Source: Bacillota bacterium
GTDB taxonomy: Bacteria; Bacillota; Clostridia; Saccharofermentanales; DTU023
NCBI GenBank assembly: GCA_035654855.1
Contig: DASRVY010000012.1
Coordinates: 1 to 61,661, forward strand
Length of the DNA stretch: 61,661 nucleotides
Direction of reading: 5' to 3'
Shown here: positions 17,338 through 25,924 of the stretch, piece by piece
Position numbering within the stretch: the stretch's first letter is position 1
Layout of the letters: every line of letters starts with the position of its first letter
Made by a program: the position numbers and the translations under genes
Notes under the pieces: generated by a model
What the model saw: the letters and a program-made list of their open reading frames with translations, nothing else
Databases searched by the model: none
Told to the model about the DNA's origin: nothing

Positions 17338-17727
17338 ATGAACAAGAGTAAGGTTTTGTTGATTATGAGCCGAGAAATTGTTGCGGATTCTATTATTGCG
17401 CAGGCAAAGGCTAATGCGAGCTTTGAATTCTTAGCTGAACATGATTATTCTGCGGCAGTCCGGAAGGCAATCGAGTATAGACCGAAAATTGTGATCGTGG
17501 AAGTACCGGAGTCGGGCAGCTACAGAAATGCAGAGAACTGTCTTCGTATCTCCGACAGGATTAGGAAGAATCTGCCGCACGCAAAGCAGCTGCTTTTATG
17601 TTCAGAAACTGATACGGCATCCGGCCGTGTCGCAATACAAGCAAAATTAGAAAATAGAATTGACGACTTTCTTTTTTATGATACAAGTGTTAACTACTTG
17701 TTTTCCAAACTGGAATCGTTGATTTAG
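17338..17727 (+). CDS. Stand-alone receiver-like (pseudo-receiver) protein, paralog 2
   Basis: 129 aa with the same fold pattern as 11783..12166. The expected phospho-acceptor position reads IVIVEVPE (Glu, not Asp). C-terminal motif DDFLFYDTSVNYLFSKL. Confidence 0.6.
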   Translation: MNKSKVLLIMSREIVADSIIAQAKANASFEFLAEHDYSAAVRKAIEYRPKIVIVEVPESGSYRNAENCLRISDRIRKNLPHAKQLLLCSETDTASGRVAIQAKLENRIDDFLFYDTSVNYLFSKLESLI

Positions 17728-17765
17728 TAAATAGAAAAGACATGGAACATGGAGGAAGAGAATTT

Positions 17766-18530
17766 ATGAAAATAAACAGAAAAGTTTTTGTGATGCTGAT
17801 TGCCGTTATGATGGCGGCACTTCTGCTTGCGTCCTGCGGGAAAGAGGACGAGCCTTCCGGATCTGATGATCCTAATCTAGGGCTCTGGCAAGCCACAACA
17901 GTAGAGGTGTTTGATGAAGAATATCCTGCGGAGGAAATCTATCAGGACGGTTTCGAAATTGAGCTGCTGAAAGATGGCAAGTGCAAGTTCCGCGCTGAAG
18001 GGAAAGAAGATAAATACGATTGGAGCATAGAAGAAGACACACTCTCTATCAGCTCCGGCGGCAATGTTTTTATTACAGCTTTGATCAATGGCAACGAAAT
18101 GGTGATCGATGACTTTATGTCAATGGGAATTAAGATCACCTTGCAAAAAGAAGGCACTGCTTCTCAGAATGGTGCTTTAGATAATGATCCTGACCAGACA
18201 GAGACAGCAGAAAACGGCAGTGCTGAATTGACAGATCCGATTGTCGAAAATGATACCGATTCCGGTTTTACAAGTAGTGAGCTGAAGGAAATCTATCAGA
18301 CACTATCCCAAGATTATGATAACTCTGAGCTGCAAGGAATGTCTTATCAGGAGATCTGTGATACATATTTCGGCGGTGCGGAAGGAGTACTTGATTTCGA
18401 AGGCGAGACAATAACTATATACAAATGGATTGCCGGCGATAACCCCTCAGACTATGTGCAAGTGTCTTTTCAGGATTATGATGAGAGCGGTGAAAGAACG
18501 GCGGGCGGAATCGGCTCCGAATTCGAGTAA
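17766..18530 (+). CDS. Lipoprotein with N-terminal lipocalin-like domain and acidic C-terminal domain
   Basis: Lipobox LLLASC. LGLWQATTVE...DGKCKFRAEGKEDKYDWSIEEDTLSI resembles the first lipoprotein. ATG at 17766 (MKINRK) follows GGAGGA; the track starts at 17742. Confidence 0.7.
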   Translation: MKINRKVFVMLIAVMMAALLLASCGKEDEPSGSDDPNLGLWQATTVEVFDEEYPAEEIYQDGFEIELLKDGKCKFRAEGKEDKYDWSIEEDTLSISSGGNVFITALINGNEMVIDDFMSMGIKITLQKEGTASQNGALDNDPDQTETAENGSAELTDPIVENDTDSGFTSSELKEIYQTLSQDYDNSELQGMSYQEICDTYFGGAEGVLDFEGETITIYKWIAGDNPSDYVQVSFQDYDESGERTAGGIGSEFE

Positions 18531-18903
18531 ACAAATAATAGCAATAAAGTGGCCTGATCTTGTTCTATTACTGAATTGCCCTTTGATTGATTGCGCAGAA
18601 CTGTAAATCGTCCGGTGGATTCTTTCTTGTTGTATAATTTGAAATAAGAGATACCGACTGACAATAATTAATTTATAATTTGTGCGGTAAACACGATGAA
18701 GCAGGATCTGCGCATCACAAAGACTCAGCAAGCCACGGTGACAGTATGTTACCGTGGCTTGAAATACGCACACAATTATTTATTGGCTTTCCGGAAACAG
18801 CAGGATTTAATAGATGACTTGGCAGAGATCTTAAACTTGCTTATGTCGCAGGGAATAGAATAGCTGTTTTTGGGTGAGACATGTAAAGTTGTGAGGAAGC
18901 AAG

Positions 18904-20307
18904 ATGGCCAGAACAAAGTCAAACTATTTCTGCAGTGAATGTGGTTGGGAAAGCAGCGGCTACCTGGGAAAATGTCCCGGCTGCAATTCTTGGAACAGTT
19001 TTGTCGAGGTTGAGAAAGTTACCGGGAAAACTAAGAAGAAAGACCAACCATCAAGAGGTAATTGGGTTGCAGGGGACACCGGACTTCAGACAGGTGAGAG
19101 CGAACTGGTGTCCCTTACCGATGTCACAGCGGAAGCAGATTTACGTATTCCTACAAAGATCTCAGAGTTAGACAGAGTTCTGGGGGGCGGTTTGGTCAAG
19201 GGATCCATGGTGCTGCTGGGAGGCGAGCCCGGGATTGGAAAATCTACTTTGGTTTTGCAGATACTGGGGGCTTTGCCTGTCAATTCTTCCATTTATGTCA
19301 GTGGTGAGGAATCCCCTGCTCAAATCAGAATAAGAGCCGACCGCATCGGGGTTGAAAGAGAGAGAATAAACTGTCTGCCGGCGACAGATTTCGCCAGTAT
19401 TATCAACGCCGTGTCCCGGCATAAGCCGGAATATCTGATTGTGGATTCTATCCAAACTACTTATGTTGATGAGATTGCCGCGGCTCCGGGCAGTGTAACT
19501 CAAGTCAGAGAAGTTGCTGCCGGCTTGTTGCGTCTGGCCAAAGAAAAGTCAATTACTGTGATTCTGATTGGCCATGTAACCAAAGATGGCAATATTGCAG
19601 GTCCCAGAATTCTGGAGCATATGGTAGACACTGTACTGTATTTTGAGGGTGATAAAATTCATCGATACAGAATGCTGCGAGCAGTTAAAAACCGTTTCGG
19701 GGCCACGGACGAAGTTGGCTTTTTTGATATGAGCGACAAAGGTTTGGTCAGTCTTGACAAGGCTTCAGAATTATTGTTGTCAGGCAGACCGATGGGGGTG
19801 AGCGGATCGGTTGTAACGTCCACTATAGAGGGCTCGAGACCTTTGCTGCTGGAGATCCAGGCTCTTTTGGCAGCCAGTTCATATGCTTCCCCCTTGCGAA
19901 CGACCCAAGGCATTGACCGAATGCGCCTGTCTCTTTTGCTTGCAGTTCTGGATAAGAAAACGAGCCTTAATCTGAGCAGCATGGATGCTTATGTCAACGT
20001 TACCGGTGGACTGCGCATCACCGAAACTGCTACAGATTTAGCCGTTCTTTGCGCCGCCGTTTCAAGTATTAAGGATATAAAACCTCGATACGATGCGATT
20101 ATCCTCGGCGAAGTAGGATTGACGGGAGAGGTCAGAGGAATTTCACAAATCGAAAGAAGATTGACCGAAGCACAGCGTACCGGTTGGCGCACCTTCATAA
20201 TTCCTTCTGCTAACAAGATGCAGCTGGATAAAACTGATCTGGGTGACCGATTGGAGATATTTTTTGTGAGTGAGATCAATGAGGCATTTGATCTTCTGTT
20301 TCCGTAA
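18904..20307 (+). CDS. radA: DNA repair protein RadA/Sms
   Basis: N-terminal zinc ribbon CSECGWESSGYLGKCPGCNSW, Walker A GEPGIGKST, KNRFG motif and a Lon-like C-terminal domain. Confidence 0.95.
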   Translation: MARTKSNYFCSECGWESSGYLGKCPGCNSWNSFVEVEKVTGKTKKKDQPSRGNWVAGDTGLQTGESELVSLTDVTAEADLRIPTKISELDRVLGGGLVKGSMVLLGGEPGIGKSTLVLQILGALPVNSSIYVSGEESPAQIRIRADRIGVERERINCLPATDFASIINAVSRHKPEYLIVDSIQTTYVDEIAAAPGSVTQVREVAAGLLRLAKEKSITVILIGHVTKDGNIAGPRILEHMVDTVLYFEGDKIHRYRMLRAVKNRFGATDEVGFFDMSDKGLVSLDKASELLLSGRPMGVSGSVVTSTIEGSRPLLLEIQALLAASSYASPLRTTQGIDRMRLSLLLAVLDKKTSLNLSSMDAYVNVTGGLRITETATDLAVLCAAVSSIKDIKPRYDAIILGEVGLTGEVRGISQIERRLTEAQRTGWRTFIIPSANKMQLDKTDLGDRLEIFFVSEINEAFDLLFP

Positions 20308-20345
20308 GACCGTTAGAAAGACAAATTGATTTGACAAATAGAGCG

Positions 20346-21068
20346 ATGCTAAACAATTTTAAAACTGAAGACGCTTATGCCATAATTTTGGCTGCAGGCA
20401 AAGGCAGCCGTATGGGGGCTGCCGAAAATAAAGTGTTTTTACCTCTGGGTGATGCAACAGTCCTGAATCATTCCTGCCTTGCTTTTGAGGATTTGGCTGA
20501 GATTAAAGCTTATATTGTCTGTGCTGCGCCGGCTGAGATGGAGCGGGTGAAAAAGCTGTTGCCCGAAGACAAATATTCGAAACTTTTGGCAGTTGTTCCC
20601 GGCGGCGACAGTCGAACTGAATCAGTGCGGGCTGGAATTGATTGGCTTTCAGCACAGGACATACCGTCATCATCAAAGATATTGATTCATGACGGCGCCA
20701 GAGCGCTGGTGCCTCCTGATGTAATATTGCGCTGTCTGACAGCTTTGGAACAAGAAGTATGCGCAGTGGCTGCCGCAATTCCGGTTACAGATACTATCCG
20801 GCAGATAGATCGGCACGGCTGGATAAACAGTTCTCCGGACAGAGAGTTGCTCCGGGCCATGCAAACACCACAGGGCGCTCGCCTGAATCTGCTCAGAGAA
20901 TCTTTATCCGCTCCGCAGAATGAAAAGTGCAGGGCGTCAGACGATCTGGACTTGCTGCGGCAAATAGGATGTCCCGTTCGCTTGGTTCAAGGCGATACTA
21001 TAAATATCAAAATAACTACGAAGGTTGATCTTTATCTAGCAGAAATTCTGATAAACGAGCGACCCTGA
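20346..21068 (+). CDS. ispD: 2-C-methyl-D-erythritol 4-phosphate cytidylyltransferase
   Basis: AIILAAGKGSRMG near the N-terminus, ...VPGGDSRTESV..., ...IHDGARAL..., ...QTPQG.... Start is the ATG at 20346 or the TTG at 20331. Confidence 0.85.
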   Translation: MLNNFKTEDAYAIILAAGKGSRMGAAENKVFLPLGDATVLNHSCLAFEDLAEIKAYIVCAAPAEMERVKKLLPEDKYSKLLAVVPGGDSRTESVRAGIDWLSAQDIPSSSKILIHDGARALVPPDVILRCLTALEQEVCAVAAAIPVTDTIRQIDRHGWINSSPDRELLRAMQTPQGARLNLLRESLSAPQNEKCRASDDLDLLRQIGCPVRLVQGDTINIKITTKVDLYLAEILINERP

Positions 21069-21306
21069 AAATACTCAGAATTTAATATAAATCCGGTATA
21101 AAAAACATATGCTGCGTCATGATCAACCATGACAATACTTTGTAATAAATGAAATCAAAGTGTTGTTATAAAATATTAACAGATAATTGAAGCATTTTTT
21201 GCATTCGTGTTATACTCTATGAAAAGTAGTTTGTGCGATCAAATTGGCTGTACAGGCTCAGTTTAACTTGTATGGCTGATTGTTAACAGCATAAAGGGAG
21301 GCAATT

Positions 21307-23283
21307 ATGGCCATGGGATCGAGAGCAGTACATACTCGTCTGGCAATAACGGTTAATGCCCGTTACTATCCCACAGAAGGTGTGTCAGATGGATTTTATA
21401 TTGACGGTCGAATTCCGGGGAAGAGAGAAGTCCGCGGTGCTGATCTTACGATTGACAGAGAAGACAGAAACTTTCTAATGTCAGTTTTTGGCCGCCCTGC
21501 TGTGGATCCGGCTGATGACAGCTGGGTCAATCCTCTGCACAGTGTAGGAAGGCAGATTAAGAGCGGAACTACCAGTATTGATACAGAAATAAATAATCTG
21601 GCAGAACTCGCAGTCGAAGTGACCGGACGCTCAACGCTGAAAGAGCAAGATCATCGTCAGCCGTTTTTTTCCGGCCTTGTAGTTATGGACGGTGAAGTCG
21701 CCGCGGTGACGATTGGAGAAGGCTGCGCTTACCTGTATCGTAACGACATTATTTATCCAATGACCAGAGACGACTATGCTCTGGAAGCAATCGATTTTAA
21801 CGGCAATGCCATTGAATCACTTGATGATTATATCGCCGGCAGCGCAGGCACTATTCGTTACTCCAATATTGCACAATTAGAAGTTAACGACTGCGTCATT
21901 CTTTGTAACCTCGCTGTTATGGAGGCGGTTGGGCAAAGAGAGATGTTGAGACTTATGTATGAAGCGGAAGATCAAAGTGATGCCGCCGGTATGATTATGA
22001 CACAAGCTTCAGCCAAGAATCCCGGAGAGCCGATGCAAGTTGCGATTGGTTTCGTAGAATCTGTCATCGCTCAAGAGCGCACGGGAAAACTTAATCTTGG
22101 CAGATTTGCCACAGAAGCCGTTCCTATGCAGAAACCGATGCAAGAGCAAAAAGATCCGGATCTGGCAAGAACTCAACGATATCACAGTTCTTCCATGGCC
22201 AACCTCCTCGATGAGCAGGAGCGTATTTATAAGGCAGGTCAAGATGCAAAGAGTAAAGCCTCAGTTGCTTCTGTTACCGGTAAAGATGCCTTTGATGAAG
22301 AGTCAGACACCGATGAAATCTCCGCTTTCAACAGTTTCCAGCGACCGCAGGAACCTGATAGAAGATATGCTGAGAGTGTGGAGCCTGCAGATAGATTTAT
22401 TTCGGGTCCCGGTGAAGGAGCAGCTGCGGAGATTCCTGCTGAGGATTTTGATCGTGTTCCGGACAAACAATATCCTACTTCTATTGATGATATTTACGGT
22501 GACTGCAGAGACGATTATGAAGATTACGAGGACTATCCCGACGGTGACCGGATCCAGTACCAGAGGGCTCCGGATGGCAGATATGGAAGAGATGCGGGTG
22601 CTGGCAGAAGCAGATATGTGCCTGGCGGGCCATCATCCAAAGAGCAGGGGTACGGCAGATTCGCATCTGATCGCAGGCGTGAAGATAATGATTACGGCAT
22701 CGAGCAGGAAGAGCCTGCCAAATCCGGGGGTATCTTCGCCAGAAGGGATAAAACACCGATGGATCCATACCATAATTACAATGATTATGGAGATTATGGT
22801 GATCCCTTTGAAGACGATAACGCTGCTTATAATAAGAGAGAACGAAACAAGAGAATTATTTTTTATGTTGTATTTGGTATTTTAATTCTCGTCAGTATCT
22901 TTGCACTGATCAAACTGCTGAACAGAGGCGGAGGTGAAGAGCCGGTTCAGACACCTGATGCCTCAATTGAAGCACCGCAAACTGATCTCACAGATCCTGA
23001 TTCACAGATAACCTTGCCGGAAGGCACAGGGGAGCAGGCGACTGCCCCGATCACAGTAACACCTGAACCTGATCCGGAGCCTACTGAGCCGGTTATGGAA
23101 TACGTAGAGCATAAAGTTGTAAAGGGCGATACCCTATGGGGCCTGGCAAAGAAGTACTTCCCTAATGCCAACCGAACTACAGCTATCAACGCTATCATGG
23201 ACGCCAACGGCTGGGATGATATGGAAGATAAATCTAATCTTATTGTCGGAAAAACCATTCAGATTCCCACTAGGCTCGACTAG
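21307..23283 (+). CDS. Membrane protein: degenerate PP2C-like N-terminal domain, long D/Y/E-rich disordered region, one TM, C-terminal LysM
   Basis: PP2C-like stretches (AAVTIGEGCAYLYRND; LEVNDCVILCNLAVMEAV) have catalytic Asp positions replaced. TM is IIFYVVFGILILVSIFALIKLL. LysM is YVEHKVVKGDTLWGLAKKYF...GKTIQIP. Strong SD AAAGGGAGG. Confidence 0.65.
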   Translation: MAMGSRAVHTRLAITVNARYYPTEGVSDGFYIDGRIPGKREVRGADLTIDREDRNFLMSVFGRPAVDPADDSWVNPLHSVGRQIKSGTTSIDTEINNLAELAVEVTGRSTLKEQDHRQPFFSGLVVMDGEVAAVTIGEGCAYLYRNDIIYPMTRDDYALEAIDFNGNAIESLDDYIAGSAGTIRYSNIAQLEVNDCVILCNLAVMEAVGQREMLRLMYEAEDQSDAAGMIMTQASAKNPGEPMQVAIGFVESVIAQERTGKLNLGRFATEAVPMQKPMQEQKDPDLARTQRYHSSSMANLLDEQERIYKAGQDAKSKASVASVTGKDAFDEESDTDEISAFNSFQRPQEPDRRYAESVEPADRFISGPGEGAAAEIPAEDFDRVPDKQYPTSIDDIYGDCRDDYEDYEDYPDGDRIQYQRAPDGRYGRDAGAGRSRYVPGGPSSKEQGYGRFASDRRREDNDYGIEQEEPAKSGGIFARRDKTPMDPYHNYNDYGDYGDPFEDDNAAYNKRERNKRIIFYVVFGILILVSIFALIKLLNRGGGEEPVQTPDASIEAPQTDLTDPDSQITLPEGTGEQATAPITVTPEPDPEPTEPVMEYVEHKVVKGDTLWGLAKKYFPNANRTTAINAIMDANGWDDMEDKSNLIVGKTIQIPTRLD

Positions 23284-23316
23284 CTCTGATTTATAGACAT
23301 ATTATTTGTTTATCAG

Positions 23317-23348
23317 GCTCCTCCTGAGTTTATCAGGAGGAGCTTTTT
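23317..23348 (+). terminator. Intrinsic terminator after the LysM protein gene
   Basis: GCTCCTCCT-loop-AGGAGGAGC followed by TTTTT. Confidence 0.75.
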
Positions 23349-23359
23349 GGAGGGAAATA

Positions 23360-25924
23360 TTAATCAAAGCTTTTAACGCACACAAGCGTTGTTCCATCCC
23401 GGTCAAAAACTGCTGTACCGAGTGATCTCAAAAATAACTCATTAGGGACCGGGGTCTCACTGTCATCGCTGTATAACGATCGTTCCAGCGCTCCGATGAC
23501 TATGTATTGCACTCTATACTTGCGCAGGATATCCTTGACCAAATCCCGGTCACAATCCTGATAGACTTGCCTGACCTCGCTGACACGCGGTCCTACTGTT
23601 GAGCTCCAGGCATCAGGATTGTCCTGAGTTTGCCGCCATAACCATTCATGTGTCGGCCAGCCGACGACGGTGGGCAAACCTGTAAAAGCCGAAACAAGAT
23701 TATAGTCAGAATAACTGACCGAGACTGCTTCAACTATAACCGGCTGCCCCTCAATATTCTCGTTAATCCAATCAATAAGCTCGAAATATGATCTTAGCTC
23801 GCCGCCGTTCTCACCGGAAATTTGAGGAGAATCTTTGCTCCGCAGAGGTACAGTGCCGTCCAGCGCCTGATAGTTTTCTTTGTTGAATTCTCCCAGCCAC
23901 TGTTCTGTCGCGGCAAACGGATACCAGAGCGGCACAATAATAAATATCGTCAATACAATGATTGCGATCTTAGCATGAATATTTCGAGGGAGCGTCAATA
24001 ATCTGGCCAAGCCCACGCCCCAAACGATCATAAGCAGGACGAAGGCTTGATAAGTGAATTTGAACATTGTATTTGAGCGCTGATAGGCTGCACCATATAT
24101 GTCTTGTACATAGATTATTTCCGGAATTAAAAGCAAAATAAGCGCAGCTGCAAGTAAAGACACTAACAGAACTCTCCCTGATCGCCATTCAGACAAATTC
24201 TGAGGCTCATTAACTTCAGCTTGACTGCTATTCTGATCCGGTTTGTCAGCAGTTCTTTTTCTTTTACGGCCGGATATGCTCTCAGTCAGCCACCAGATCA
24301 GTCCGGCGCAGATCATTACTCCCCACACAACCAAGAATTGATAAAGCGAAGTGTGTCGATCTGTCAGCTTTATTGTTTTGCTGATAGCGGAGAAATGGAG
24401 ATTGAAGGTCAGAGCCGGCAAATGCCCTAAAGCAAATATGCTTGTAGCTTTGCAGGCAGCATAACAGATGCGGTCTGCCGCCACAGCAAGTAACAGGTGA
24501 CTGACAAAAGTGCTGAGCAATAGCGCAAAAATCGTAAGCCAGGGAGATCGAAGAAGAAGGAAGGGTATAAGCACCAGCAAAATTTGAATGATTATGACCG
24601 GGACACCCTGCAAGCTAATTAAGGGCAGATCTGTGCCATGAGTACTCATCCAACTTAGCCATGCGATCAAGGCAAAATAGATAATGAAATCCCAATAATT
24701 AGTCATCATAAAAAAGGCCAAGATTGCAGATAAAAGCCAGATACGGTAGTCAAACACTGAAGTTTTTAACTCAGAGAGAGCAAGACTCAGCCTGACTCCT
24801 CTAACTCTTTCATCGCCTGCCATTTGCTGCAGCAGTTTTCTCTCCCAGTGTCTGGCTGTAATACTTAGCCAGCCGCTTTGCCAAAGAGCGACGAGGATGA
24901 TTAGCAGCCCCAGCACGCTGGCCAGATTAAGCAAATGTGCATGCAGATCTGCAACAAGGAAAGAATAATAGGGAAATTCATGAATGGTGAAATCTTCAAT
25001 AGGTGGATTATGACCGATATAGCGAGTAGAATCGGCAAACCAGAAGCTTCCTATTTCACCGGTCTCGGAAGGGAGCAACTGCGCGATTTTTTGTAATAAC
25101 GGAAAAGCCGGTGAGTCCGGATCGTACCAAAAGGAATGGCCATTACCGCCAAAACTGACTAACAAAGAGGCTAATCCCCCCGAGATCCAGGGAATACAGC
25201 GCTTTTTCTTCCGAAAATGAGGCTGCAGAATATTATATCCTAAAGAAAAACTCAAACATCCGGTTAATGCCATAGTTGTGGCTAAAGACAGATTGTAAGA
25301 AACTTGAGTTTGGATATTGCTGATCTTCATCATGACAGCAGCCAGGATATGACCGCCGTAATAGTAATTAATGGTGCCGCCTGCAAACCACATGTCTAGT
25401 GCCGGCAGGGTATCGCTGCGCCAAAGGCTGTTAATGAAACCGATATTCATCATCTTTTCAAGACTGCCCAGCTCAGGTTTCAGACCGCGTGCAAAAGTCC
25501 AGAGCAGGAGGAGCAAAGCGAAGATCAACTCTTCTGCAATAATAAGGTGAGGATTTATATCAGAGGAAAATCTTTTAACAAAATCCTTTTTCAGCTGCGG
25601 CAGTCCCCAGATCAAAATAGCAGCAGCAATAAAGAGAGCGATTAAAGATAATTGCGTAAAGGGTAAGATGCCTGAAGTGCAGAGCCCGCTTACAGCCAAA
25701 GTGATCAGCATTGGTCCCAAGATTTTTGCCAGGGCGAAACCTCCGTCCGGAGTGGGAATAAAGCGAGCTGCAAGAGGCCAAAAAATTAATCCGGATGTGG
25801 TCCAGATTAACCACCAGACTAAAAAATATGAAGCGTCAGACTCCAAACACAGCGGGGCAGCTAATGCAACTAAAAAGAGTGATATAGCCGGCAGCCATTG
25901 CCTTCTCTTTGTTACGTCTGTCAT
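23360..25924 (-). CDS. Large polytopic membrane protein, DUF2298 / 'Chlor_Arch_YYY' family (GT-C-like)
   Basis: 854 aa with many TM segments. The family's hallmark motif is present (FAGGTINYYYGGHILAAV), followed by a C-terminal soluble domain. The start overlaps the upstream stop as ATGA. Confidence 0.7.
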   Translation of the reverse strand: MTDVTKRRQWLPAISLFLVALAAPLCLESDASYFLVWWLIWTTSGLIFWPLAARFIPTPDGGFALAKILGPMLITLAVSGLCTSGILPFTQLSLIALFIAAAILIWGLPQLKKDFVKRFSSDINPHLIIAEELIFALLLLLWTFARGLKPELGSLEKMMNIGFINSLWRSDTLPALDMWFAGGTINYYYGGHILAAVMMKISNIQTQVSYNLSLATTMALTGCLSFSLGYNILQPHFRKKKRCIPWISGGLASLLVSFGGNGHSFWYDPDSPAFPLLQKIAQLLPSETGEIGSFWFADSTRYIGHNPPIEDFTIHEFPYYSFLVADLHAHLLNLASVLGLLIILVALWQSGWLSITARHWERKLLQQMAGDERVRGVRLSLALSELKTSVFDYRIWLLSAILAFFMMTNYWDFIIYFALIAWLSWMSTHGTDLPLISLQGVPVIIIQILLVLIPFLLLRSPWLTIFALLLSTFVSHLLLAVAADRICYAACKATSIFALGHLPALTFNLHFSAISKTIKLTDRHTSLYQFLVVWGVMICAGLIWWLTESISGRKRKRTADKPDQNSSQAEVNEPQNLSEWRSGRVLLVSLLAAALILLLIPEIIYVQDIYGAAYQRSNTMFKFTYQAFVLLMIVWGVGLARLLTLPRNIHAKIAIIVLTIFIIVPLWYPFAATEQWLGEFNKENYQALDGTVPLRSKDSPQISGENGGELRSYFELIDWINENIEGQPVIVEAVSVSYSDYNLVSAFTGLPTVVGWPTHEWLWRQTQDNPDAWSSTVGPRVSEVRQVYQDCDRDLVKDILRKYRVQYIVIGALERSLYSDDSETPVPNELFLRSLGTAVFDRDGTTLVCVKSFD

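Noticed and set aside
18696-18863. 55-aa ORF (MKQDLRITKTQQATVTVCYRGLKYAHNYLLAFRKQQDLIDDLAEILNLLMSQGIE) in the 373-nt gap upstream of radA. A 10-bp inverted repeat (AAGCCACGGT...ACCGTGGCTT, ~18730-18762) lies inside it.
   Set aside because: It has no convincing SD and no recognisable family. The hairpin inside it argues for RNA or structural sequence, or a decayed gene. I did not call it as a gene, but it could be rechecked with conservation data.
22097-22885. 262-aa alternative-frame ORF inside the LysM protein gene.
   Set aside because: It lies in the same strand's +1 frame within a low-complexity region and has no SD. The main frame has a strong SD and recognisable domains, so this is probably a compositional artefact.
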